Shown here: positions 1-12,200 of the stretch, one piece after another | Layout of the letters: each line of letters opens with the position of its first letter | Position numbering within the stretch: position 1 is the first letter of the stretch | The notes under the pieces: model-generated | Told to the model about the DNA's origin: nothing | What the model saw: the letters and a program-made list of their open reading frames with translations, nothing else | Databases searched by the model: none | Origin: Octopus sinensis | Lineage: Eukaryota | Direction of reading: 5' to 3' | Assembly (NCBI RefSeq): GCF_006345805.1 | Contig: NC_043011.1 | Span: 32,996,464-33,060,463, forward strand | DNA: 64,000 nucleotides | Translations under genes and position numbers: made by a program

Positions 1-402
1 AAAAAATATATTAATATATCTTGTCTGTTGAAAATCCATATTTGTGTGGCTGAAGATAGCGCTGCATTTAAATGGTTGTAATGATTACATAGTTCAGTTA
101 AAAGGAGCCGATTGAAATGGTCATACTGCTTTACTGTTTGACATCATCATCGTTTAACATCTGTTTTCCATGCTGGTATGGGTTGGATGGTTCGACTGGA
201 GTCTGGGAAGCCAGAAGGCTGCACTAGGCTCCAGTCTGATCTAACAGTGTTCCTACAGCTGGATGCCTTTCCTAACGCCAACCATTCCGAGAGTGTAGTG
301 AGTGCCTTTTTAAGTGCCACCGGCACAGGGGCCAGGAGGCACTGGTATCGATCATGATCGGATGGTGCATTTTATGTGCCACCGGCACAGAACGTGCCTT
401 GT

Positions 403-450
<48 letters not shown>

Positions 451-522
451 TGAATTTATGGAATGAAGTCCCATAAAACCCATCAAGTTAGTTAAAAATG
501 TTGAAATATATAAGAAGTTTAA

Positions 523-597
523 TTCTTGCAGACGATCGTTTTGTACAGAGATATCATGATAATGTAAATAATATCAACGTACTCTTCAGTGCAGGAA
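523..597 (-). ncRNA. Degenerate type I hammerhead ribozyme motif (G12 mutated)
   Basis: Minus strand: UUCCUGCA CUGAAGA GUAC..GUAC [A]AA ACGAUCGU C UGCAAGAA. All three stems and a GUC site are present; GAA reads AAA. Confidence 0.7.
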
Positions 598-1356
598 GTA
601 GAAATCATAACACAAAGAACTTGAGAAGGAATATAGCAGAAAATTTGGATCTAGGAGATTCATATTGTTATCCATATGAGAAAGTGATGTGAGTCATGTT
701 GGATATTTAACCATAACTAATGGCTTCAACGGATATTTGAAGATATAAGTAAAGCGGCATTGCAGATGTTCCTTCTATAGATGAGTATGGAAATTAGAGA
801 TTTAAACTCCAAATAAGTAGCATAGGGCAAATATGTATTAGAAATGCCCAATGGAAAGACATTCCTAGGTTTGAATTAAAAGATGAACTAACTGTTGAAA
901 TCATTACGTAGTATAATGTATTTAAAAAAAACCTTGTAAATGGATTTGGTAGACAGAAACTGAAAATATTGTCTGTGTTTGAGTGTACCCTTGTCTTGAT
1001 ACCAGAAGATGGTTGTAAATGAGAGTTACTGTCATTTTCAGTCTTCTGTGAAAAACATTTCTAGGTATGTGAAAATACTACCTTGCTTGGAAATGGTTGA
1101 GGGTTGGCAACTGGAAGGGCATCTGGCCAGAGAAAATTCTGACTCAACAAATTCTATTTGACCCATGCAAGCATGGAGAAGTGGATGCTATAAGAAATAT
1201 ATATATACATATATATAGCTATAGATGTGCAGGCATGGCAGTGTGATAAGAAGTTTGTTTCTCAACCACATGGTTTGGGTTCAGTCCTTCTGCATGGCAC
1301 CTTGGGCAAGTGTCTTGTGAGTGAATTTGGTTGATGGAAACTGAAAAAAGCCCATC

Positions 1357-1399
<43 letters not shown>

Positions 1400-2753
1400 T
1401 ATGCGTGTGTGTGTTTTTGTGTTTATGTTCGTTCTCCATTACCACTTGGTAATCAGTGTTGGTGTGTTTACATCCCCGTAACTTAGCTATTTGGCAAAAA
1501 AGACTGATAGATTAGCCATGTGGTTAGGAAGCAAGCTTCATACCTGTGCCTGTAAGAGCTATATCAGTGTGACTTGTGGTTCCGGCAACACTATGGAAGT
1601 GTCTGTATATTTTCCTACACTTGACTTCCTATCTATACTTATTATGAATCAGACATTGCTGCCCTAATTGGCTTTTTTTTTTTTTTTCTTGTAAATGGGG
1701 ACAGTAGTGTTAAAACAGCATCATTGGGGCTATTGATTTGATGCCATAATAGCCAGCCAACTCCCAAGATTATAAAACCACTTGCAGCTAATTACTTAAT
1801 GCACTCACTTCATGAATAATCAATGCAATGATAAACTCCCTTTAGTTAACTTCGAAATGCCAATTTCTTTTCTTGTTTCTACTTTTCATTCTATAATTAA
1901 TAAGTGACACTTGCAGGGAGCGATTGCTTCTGTTGGACCATACTCTTTTACGATGGTAATATTATCAAGAGACACATAACAGTTAAATATAATCAATTAT
2001 TATATTTTTTTCATTTTCTTCAGACACACATACACACACAGATTTGTATGTGCATATATGTGTGTGCATACATGTATGTATGTATACATAACACATTTAT
2101 ATATGTATGTATGTATCTATCCATCTATCTACATACTTGTGTACATGCCTGTCTGTCATTATCATCATTTAATATCTGCCTTCCATGCTAGCATGGGTGA
2201 GACATGTATATGTATATATTTTATGTGAATAAAAATTACTTTTGTTTAAATTCAGAACAGACAATTCACAAAGCATTTAATAGCATTTATTGAATTGCTT
2301 TTGCACGAAATTACATAAGTGAAAATTCTGTTGTCAGTTAAGTTATTTCATTTGTGAGCTATAAGATAATAATTTTTGCGTCTTGGCCAAATGTCTCTGT
2401 CAATGCATGTAGAATATGTTTGCATTGATGTCACCCATTACGTAATTTATTGCTGGAAGAATGTCTGAATATTGCTATAAAATTTTGGTAAGTGCATATG
2501 GAAATATTGGAGCAGGACGTTGAATGGGAGTGTGTTTTAAAGTATAAAAATAAAGTAAAAAATACATACATTTCGTTAGTTGCAGTGAGCGTTGAGGTGG
2601 CCAAAGATACGCGCACATATATTCATAGTATTGAGAATGAAGTAGATGGGTGTTTTAGGATATTACTACGTTTCCTTCGCATATTTATTCAGAACACAAG
2701 TATTGTTATGTAACTTAACATGTAACATTACACAAGTTTGGGTTTTCATAAAG

Positions 2754-2789
<36 letters not shown>

Positions 2790-3260
2790 TCTTTAGTCTT
2801 TTTCTCTTTTACTTGTTTCAGTCATTTGGCTGTGGCCATGCTGGAGCACCACCTTTAGTCGAGCAAATCGACCCCAGGACTTTTTCTTTTGTAAGTCTAG
2901 TACTTATTCTATCGGTCTCTTGCCAAACCGCTAAGTTACAGAGATGTAGACACACCAGCATTGGTTGTCAAGCGATGTTGGTGGGACAAACACACATCCA
3001 CATATATATATACATATATACGACGGGCTTCTTTCAGTTTCCGCCTACCAAATCCACTTACAAGGCTTTGGTCGGCCCGAGGCTATAGTAGAAAATACTT
3101 GTCCAAGGTGCCACACAGTGGGACTGAACCTGGAACCATGTGGTTGGTAAGCAAGCTACTTACCACACACAACCACAGGCTTCCACACAGTTTCCATTTA
3201 CCAAATTCACTCACAAGACATTTGTTAGTTCAGGACTACAGTAAAAGACAAATGCCTTAA

Positions 3261-3480
3261 CCCTTTAGTATTTAAACCGGCTGTTTCCTGTTCAAATATT
3301 CTACTTGTTTTATGTTCAGACTAGCCATATTCAGCCTCTCACATCTACCCTACAATGTCATTCTAAAAATAAGCAACCACATCATCAAAATCTTAAAGCT
3401 ACAAGATAATGCATGATTACTTCAAAACAGTGTGAATCAAAAAGAATTAAATTTGATGGAGTGATCTGACTATTAAAGGA
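3261..3480. mobile_element. ~220-bp TTAA-flanked MITE family 1 (piggyBac-type). Other copies: 21527-21746, 28645-28848, 35789-36007, ~39020-39211, 42207-42401, 46971-47515 (SINE-interrupted), 52376-52587, 55268-55504, 61799-62016
   Basis: Consensus ends CCCTTTAGCATT/AATGCTAAAGGG, TTAA flanks on most copies, shared internal sequence. Confidence 0.85.
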
Positions 3481-4857
3481 TTAAGGTGCTGTGCAGTGGA
3501 ACTGAACTGAAACCACATGGTTGCAAAGGAAGCTTCTTAACCACACAGCCATGCCTAAATTTTTGGGTTTTGTTTTAAATATTTTGTTAAGAATTAGCCA
3601 GAGAAAGAAAGGTAGTACCCATTACTTTAGTGTGTGTGTGTGTGTGTGTAGAGTTGAAAACTGAGGGGGCATAGTCTGAATTCATGCAGTAGCAAATGCC
3701 ATTAAAGGCATTTGAGTGTCAGGTGGTTGTGTGAAATCAGTCAGTGGATTAAGGTTATACCTCAAGTGGCATTACTCAAATTTCATCTATCCTTGTTCAT
3801 CACAACTGTTTGATTTCACAAATCACCATGTTAAATGAATCATTGATAAATGAATAATGGAACATACGGGAAATATAGGTTTCCTTTTGAGATCCCAAGT
3901 TGTCCTTAAGTATTGTGAATGGTCGCTGAGGTGCATATGTGGTTCAAGCAGAATCTTTGATCACTGACCCATGTTATCACAGATCAATTCACGATAAGCA
4001 TAACATGGTTCACAATTAGCATGCTGTGTTATCCCAGGTCAGTGATGAATGAATTGGTGATAAACAAGGATGGATGTTGTAGTTAGTAATAATTCTGTTT
4101 CATGTGGGTTTTTTTTCTAAGTGATGTTACTGACAGATTAATATTATTATGTCCACCATTTCCAATATCATGTTCACCATTTCAACAAAACACCCATTTC
4201 TATCTCTTTATCATTCTTTAACTTCTTATCATCTAGCACACAGCCACCTCCCTTAATAATACTCCACCCTCAGTTGAGGGTTCCTGTCTTTCAAGTTATT
4301 TAGTAACCTCACTAGTGTTGGTGCCATATAAAAAGCATTCAGTATACTCAGTAAAGTAGCTGGTGTTAGGTAGGGCATTTGGCTGTAGAAACCATACCAA
4401 AGCAGACAGTAGAACCTGGTGTAGTCTTCTGGCTCACTAGCTCCTGTCAAACTGTCCAGCCTATGTTGGCATGAAAATGAACATTAAAAGGTGAGGGTAA
4501 TGATGATTTCGGCTGTTCAAAACTGACCTTTTGTTTCACATACTTAACCTTTAATTTGTAGTAAAGTATTTGAGCAACAAAATGACTGAAGACAGGAACC
4601 TGAACTACTGTTCAAACTTCAGTATAGACATTATTTTGTACATCTGAATATTTTCTCCAGCTTAACTGATAATAGCAGTTAAGTGATTAGCAAGGAAGAA
4701 ATTTAGTAAGCAAAAAAAAAAAAAAAAAAGAAATTTACCACCCTACTTCCCAAGTTTTCCTATCCATTTCACCATGTAAAATGGTAAGGGGAAAAACAAA
4801 AAGCCCTAAAAAAAATCAAAGTTGAACAAAGCTGGATTCAGTTTTTAAGTTTTAGAG

Positions 4858-5189
4858 CAGTTGTTCTCAACCAGGGTCCATATGGCCCCTGAAGGTCCAT
4901 ATAAGATTTTTGGTAGTTCACACAATAGTAAATTGGGGATCCACAATAGTATTTTAAAGGCCCCTGAAAAAATGTTGCTTTAGATGTATTTGTTGCAAGA
5001 AACATTTAGGTTTCTTTCTTGAACATTTTATGTAGTTCAGTGTACCCAAGTTAATGTGTGAAAAACAAACTAGGAATTTTGAAAGAAGTTTCTATAAAAC
5101 TAGTTTTTCAACATCAAATGGCTGTGGGGATCCACAAAAATAAAATAGTAATGAAAAGGGTCCATAGATAAAAACTGGTTGAGAACCTG
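4858..5189. mobile_element. hAT (Charlie-like) MITE
   Basis: Ends CAGTTGTTCTCAACC / GGTTGAGAACCTG; 8-bp flanks TTTTAGAG / TTTTAGAT. Confidence 0.75.
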
Positions 5190-8100
5190 TTTTAGATTTC
5201 TCATGTAAAGAAGCCAAATAACTAGGTGATAACTGTGATAATTCCCTAACTATTTTGAACTGTTGGAATTGAGGTTGATAGAATAACAGTTGATGGGATC
5301 AGGTAATAGATGATACAGCCATGTATTTCCATAGATTTGTTGTGGAGAAAGAAAGGTCAAGAGTTTAGTGGGAATAAGGGCCACCTCAAGATGGAATGAG
5401 ATGATCAAGCATGGTTGTCTGGATGCTGGTGATTTGGCACGGCTGGCTGGACATTGAATCTATTTTGGTGATGGCCTTTTGGTGACAGTACTTTTGGCAA
5501 ACACAAGTGCACATAGAAATATACACATACAAGCATGGACAGAGCTATTTGTAATAGATGGGGTCATTTAATGCATCTTTCTCTCTCTATCACATTCATT
5601 TTTCTGCTCACAGTGCTAAAATTTAAATGCATTGCCAGTCAGCTTGCTTTGTCAAAGACGTATAGAAATCCATTATGTGTAAAACGTTTTTGTATCTATT
5701 TTTTTGTCAATATTTCATCAGTCACCATATACATAAAGTGAAGCAGAGAAAACTAAACAAAGTTTAATACTTTGAGTATTTTAATTATGGTGATTGAAGT
5801 TAGTTGTCATCTAGAACAATAACAAAATCTTTATGGTACCAAAAGGCCCTGGGCACAAAAAGTCTGATGTCAGATAGGTCAGTGTTGAATCAATGATGCC
5901 AAATATACTGGGCCAAAACAACTGTACCAAAGTGTCTTCTACAACCATCTCAGTAGTGTTTGCAGATGAGTGAAACAATACTATAAGGACTAAATGTCAT
6001 CTTAACCTGGCATGTGAGAGAGTGTTTGCATTTGACTGAGTGCATAAAGTGGAGAGGCCAACAAGTATGAGACTGGTGTGGAAACAGAGCAAACAACAGA
6101 CATATGATGAAAAGTGGTTCTATCATGACCATCTCATCATGATTTCAAGCATAATGTACCTAGGACTACATCCTGTGTATTGATCCATTTTTTTTTCAAG
6201 ATAGTTGAGTAAGTTTTTGTAACATGTCAAGTGATCCTGTTCCTTCATTGGCTTGAATTCAGTGCTTTTACCAGCAGGGATATTTGTTTACAGAACAGTC
6301 TTGCTTAAAGGACAAGCATGAGAATTCTGCAGAATCTGTTGAGATTTTCTTGGCAAGGAATCAGAAAACTTAACACTCTGTACAATGCACTATAAGATAT
6401 GCTTTTTACTTAATTTTTTTTTTCTATTATCTTGCACATGTTGCAGTAGTAGATGAATTCCTCTTACATCAAGAGAAAATTACTTGTAAAGAACTGCACA
6501 CAAAATTTAAAGAATGTTGTCAATGTGGCTTAGACTGTAGAACTTGTGAACAGTTTTGACTTGAAGATTGGAGTGCTAATTCAGTGGAATCATGTTACCT
6601 ATAAAATGCTTGCAAAATAACAATATAAAATAAAGGCAAAAGATTTATCTGATGGCTGTGAGAGAAAAAACTCCCCCAAAAAATGGAGTTAAAGTAAAAT
6701 AAAGTGATATCATCAGTGATTACATTCCATTTGTCAAAGACATTTAAAAAATTCTTATGGGATGTACACTGAAGTATCCATGTTAAGTCAATTAATATTG
6801 TTTACAATTAAGTGAAACAAGAATCTCTGGAAAATACTAAATATGAAAAGTTTGAAGTGAAATAAATTATTTTGCTGTTATGGGAAAATAATATATTTTG
6901 TTTTGCAAACAATTTGTAATTTTGTATAGTTATAAGATAGGCATCTCCAGTATCGTTTTAACATCCACTTTTCTATGCTCACATGGGTTGGACAGAATTT
7001 GTCGAGGCAGATTTTCTATGGCCAGATGGTCCTCCTCTCACTAATCATGACTTATTTTCAAATAAGGTAGTATTTTCCCATGACCGGACATGTCTTGGAA
7101 GATTGGAAACGAAGGACACTGCTTACATGATGGTGACACTTGTTTACAGCTGTCACACACACACATGCAATGGGTTTCTCAGTTTCTGCCTACCAACCCC
7201 ATTCAGAAGGCTTTGGTCAGCCTGGACCTGTTGTAGATGTTAGATCAAAGCGCCACACAGTGGAAGTGAATCTGAATCCATTCAATTAAGAAGCAAATTT
7301 CTTACCACATAGTTATGTTTGCACCTATGACCAATTTTTCATTAAAATAGAATCTTCAGTGTCTCATGGAATTATGTGAAATATTGGCAATATATCAATA
7401 TAATTAAATATCTAAGTTTTATGGCAAACTAAACAGCATAATCATCCCCTCAAATTACTTATGCATGATGTTTTTACACCTCAAAATTCTGTACCCACAA
7501 TGTCCTATTGTGGCAATTATATATAAGCACACCTATTTTGTAGACGATATGAATTTATTCTATCTGCTCCCACTCTTCATGAATCTCAGACCATCCAAAG
7601 CGCTGCTTTCTGTAGTGTTTTACATACCTATAAGTCAATCTGGAAGCTTTTATGCGGTCATTTGTGTCATGTATTGATTAGGAGTTCAATACATAACAAA
7701 TGTACAGCATTTGTTATGTATTGATTTGGAGTTCAATACACAATAATTTGACTTGCTAGAAATAGTAACCAAATCTCTCTCTTATTTCTCCCTATTGTCT
7801 TTTTTAAGATGATAGGGAGTAATAAGAGGGAGATGGGACACATGCAAAGACAGATGTGTGTGTGTATATGTGTACCTCTATCTAGAAAAAAGGTAAGTTG
7901 CAAAAACACCAATGACAATTCAAAAACCAACAAAACCTGTGAGAGGAAAGTCTTTCCCCAGTGAAACATATAACATGGTGTGACAAAATCCAAAAGGAAA
8001 CTGCAAGGAAGTGGGGATCCAAATGAAGAGAAGCAGAAAAGAGTTGAGAACAGTGTGGAAAAGCCATTGACAGCTTGTCCTTCATTGGTAGTATAGGGGT

Positions 8101-8409
8101 TCAGTAAGTAGTATCTTAAAAAAGCACACACTGAACAGTGTAATTTTAGATATACTCTGCTTGGTGGTGGTGGTGGTGGCAGTGGTGGCAGTACAGGGTG
8201 GTCATCTCTGTAGCCATTCTCAATATTGTAATGTATTCAGTTTGATGCTTGACCATTTCTGTCAAGTCATCATCCTTCATGAAATGTGTATTAAAAGAAT
8301 GTTAGTTCATTTACTTCTATCAGTGTGACTTACTACATAGAGGCACTTTTTATTTACTTTTTTATTCTTTTACTATAGAGTTGTACTATTCTTGCTTGTG
8401 TCTTTGCTA

Positions 8410-8459
<50 letters not shown>

Positions 8460-8470
8460 TTATTATTATT

Positions 8471-8990
8471 AAGGTGGTGAGTTGGCAGAATCGTTTGCAC
8501 TCTGGGCAAAATGCTTAGTGGCATTTCATCTGTCTTTACGTTCTGAGTTCAAATTCTGCCAGGGTCACCTTTGCCTTTCATCTTTGCAGGGTTGATAAAA
8601 TAAGTACCAGTTGAGTACTGGGGCTGATATAATCGACTGTCACCCTCCCCAAAACTTCAAACCTTGTGCCTATAGTAGAAAGGATTATTATGATTATTTT
8701 ACTTCTCAGCGCTCTTGGCCTTATTTGCTCTGCCTTGATTCTATGAAAACAAACAGCAACATATCAGAGGTCTCACATTGATTATTATTATTATTATGAT
8801 TAAGGTGGAGCGCTGGCAGAATCATTACCATACTGGACGAAATGCTTCATGGTATTTTGTCTGCTGCCACGTGCTGAGTTCAAATTCTGCCAGGGCTGAC
8901 TTTGCCTTTCATCCTCTCGGGGACAATTAAATAAGTAATCGACTTAATCCCTTTCCCCAAATTTGAGGCCTTGTGCTTCCAGTAGAAAGA

Positions 8991-8995
<5 letters not shown>
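8471..8995 (+). mobile_element. Tandem pair of tRNA-derived SINEs with (ATT)n tails (family B). Other copies: ~19880-20120, 29110-29325, 53715-53890, 60600-60830
   Basis: AAGGTGG..TGGCAGAATC..GAGTTCAAATTCTGCC..CTTTGCCTTTCATC repeated. Confidence 0.8.
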
Positions 8996-9053
<58 letters not shown>

Positions 9054-9066
9054 TTCTTCTTCTTTT
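8990..9066 (+). repeat. (ATT)n then (TTC)n microsatellite directly before the first detected exon acceptor
   Basis: Read directly. Many other (TA)n, (CA)n, (TAC)n and (ATAC)n tracts occur across the window. Confidence 0.95.
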
Positions 9067-9076
9067 CTCATTTCAG

Positions 9077-9212
9077 GCAAAAGATTTTTAGATGATTATA
9101 TAGAACACTACCATCCATTAGTCTATAATCATCATGAATTGAATAGAAATCATTATCGCTACAAGCGCTCACTGAATAGCCATATTCTACTTTCTTTCAA
9201 TGCCTTTAATCG
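9077..9212 (+). CDS. ADAM10: ADAM10 prodomain exon ([44 protein letters not shown])
   Basis: tttcag acceptor, gtaagt donor, phase 1 to 2. Resembles ADAM10 LNKYIRHYEGLSY..RAKR..LDFHAHGR. Confidence 0.9.
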
Positions 9213-12200
9213 GTAAGTTGAATAAAAGCTTTTTTTCCTGGCTGGGGTTTTTAATTCTTTTATCATATTTATGTTGAAATAAACTGCTTTTATTTCTCTT
9301 AATTTTGAAAATAATGAAGACTTTATAAAAAAAAAAACTGTCAACATTGAGCTGATATTTTGGAATATAAATTGATATTACATTTCGATTGGAGGTTTTA
9401 ATTGGGATTGCTTTAAAACATGGAATTTGTATTGGAGCCAAGGGCAGTTTCAGGCAAGTTGGTCTCTAAAGGGTTACTCTTTAAATCATCAAATTTTTAA
9501 GATTGTGTAAATTATTACCCAAATAACTGTCAGGTTATGTTCCATTCTTTTACTTGTTTGTCATTTGACTGCGACCATGCTGGAGCACCGCCCTGAAGGG
9601 TTTTTTCTTTTTAGTTGAACATATATGTTTTCAGGGAAGATTGAAAATGGACTCTGCTTGCATGAGGGTGACACTTGTTTACAACTATCATGCAATGTCA
9701 AGGCAAGGAGACTAAGGCATACAAGCACACATACATGCATACATACATACATACATACATACATACATACTGATGAGCTTCTTCCAGTTTGTGCCTACCA
9801 AATTCACTCATAAAAGCTTTGGTCAGCATAGGGCTATAGTTTTTTTTTTACCTTCTCAAGTCCTGCTGACTCATAAGGACTACACCTGGATGGGACGCTA
9901 GTCCATTGCAGGATTACTCACTTTTGCCAGTTGAGTAGACTTGAGTAACGTAAAATGAAGTGTTTTGTTCAAGAACACAACGTGTCACCCGGTCCAGGAG
10001 TTGGAACCGCAGTCTTATGATAATGAGTCCAACACCCTAACCACTAAGTCACGTGCCTCCACCAGTGCTACAGTAGAAGATTCTCATCCAAGGTGCCATG
10101 CAGTGAGACTAAACCATGAAGCTGGGAAGGAAGCTTCTTAACCTCACAGTCATGCCTGTGCCTGTAGTTAGTAGTTTTAATATTATTGTGGTGTATGTGC
10201 ATACAAGTGAGACCGTGTAAGCTGGTATCACTGTTTTTATTGTCCCTGTGTATTGTGATTGCAAGTGTATAGATGTAGTCCAAGCCTCTACTATCCCTAT
10301 GTGTGTATTGACATATATTGTGAATACAGCTATAAGAATGATTGTGCGAAGGAGAGGTGACAAATGAATGACTCCTTTAATACACTTTACAATAAAAGCG
10401 TAAAGATAAATGTGTATCAGTGCCAGAAAGGAAAAGAAAGACAACCGATAGAAGGTTTAAGAGAAGGGTTTTATTTAGGTGTTAACGTGTGTCTGTGTGT
10501 TCGTCATAAGTACATATATAAAAATAACAATAGACAGGCTGTCATGAATGCATAATGTGTATGTGTGTACAAACAAGGGTGTATGCGTGTGAGATAAAAT
10601 ACAGAGCATTGAAAGAATCTATAATAGGACGCTAGAAGAATGTTCACGCACAATAAAGATAAATACCAGTTTGTAGTAAGGTACACAATAGTTGAAGAGT
10701 TGTAAGAAGTTGTGACTACACTGCAGAGACAGTTGAGGCACGTGGAAGTGGAGGCTATAATGCAGAGTTGGTTACTTGTTACAGGAAGATCTCACAGGTT
10801 GTATTTGCTGTTAACCTTGGTGAAGTAATTCACAAACAGTGAGGAGATAGAACCTGGCAATGGTTGCTGTGTATGTAGAGATGTTGTTGGCGTTGTTAAG
10901 AAGATGGAGGCGACGGAGATGGAGGTCCTGTATGCTGCTAGACGAAGTGTTGATGATTCTTCATGTGGGCTGCTGGTGTTGTCTTTCACTGGAACTGGCT
11001 GTGTGCTCTGTGGTCAGTGGTTAGACCTTAGAAGGTCTAGAACCAAAGACTTCGACTCGGTGTAGAACTAGCTTTTTATAGGGACCAGTAAGCTCAAACG
11101 GAGATTTAGAAAGACTGTGTCACAGGACCTTATCAGAAGGCTGAGATTGGTTGAGTTGCACATTGGCGCATAATAGAGCAAGAGACAAACTGTGCCAATA
11201 CCAACCAATCAGAGTAGTGGACACAACAGGGTCCAAGCGGCCGAAGGCTAGCTGTTATCTGCTACGTCTGTATTTATGTTATATATAACAGAGAGAGAGA
11301 ATTTCACTAAGTGTCCACTACACTGCTATTGACCAACCTCTTATTTTAGTCACTGAACTGATCAGCAAAAACAATTCTCTTCCTTAAACTGACCATTCCT
11401 GTTTTAATCCTTTCCCCTCATTTAATACTTTATTCTGTCTCCACTTCACCTTCTCCCAAATTCTCTTTCTCTACTACACTCAACACTTTTTCTCCACTTC
11501 AACCATTTCCCACATGTGTGCAACTACTAACACTATCATATTCAACCAGTCTTTACTGTCCTAACTTATGGAGTAAGGATGAAGGAAAACTACTCACTCC
11601 TGCATGAAGTCTTTTCACCAAAATGTTGAAAACCTTCCTCAGCCAGCAGCACCCAAACTTAAGAAACATTGAACTTTATTTAGGAAACCCAAGTTAAATT
11701 TGTGATAACATATTTAACCCTTTTTGCTATCATATTTCTGTTGAGATTGCTCTGTGTTTCTTTCAGTTAATTTCAAATATAACAAAGAATTTAGAAAAAC
11801 AACTTAGTTATCCTTGAACTAGTGTTAGGAACTTAAACTGTGACTAAGGTTTGCTGAAAGATTTTAATTCAGAACTTTTGAAATCAAGATATTTTTACTA
11901 CAGACCCAGAGGCATTTTCAGCTGGGTTGGTATCAAAAGAGTTAAAACAGCAGGGATCAAATAGCCAATGTAAGTTAGACTCGTGTGACTTTCATCATTT
12001 CCATCCACTTTTACTTGGTCTTACATCTATGCCTAAAGACAATGTGGCTTTAGGTTCAGTCCCATGGTGTGGCACCTTGGTCAAATGTCTTCTATAGCCC
12101 TGGGTTAACCACTGCTTTGTGAATGAATTTGGTAGACATAAACTATAAAACCCATTGTATGTGTGTGTGTGTTTGTTCCCCCCTCTATTGCTTCACAGCT

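Noticed and set aside
498-692. 64-aa ORF as a gene
   Set aside because: No recognisable motif; it is the antisense reading of a hammerhead-bearing repeat.
4588-4620. CUGAAGA followed by a small hairpin as a hammerhead
   Set aside because: No GAAA box or stems I/III. Other isolated CUGANGA matches (e.g. 50, 9772, 19104, 35022, 47592) were rejected for the same reason.
1-9076. ADAM10 first (signal-peptide) exon
   Set aside because: No ATG-initiated hydrophobic exon ending in a phase-1 donor was recognised; it is probably upstream of the window.
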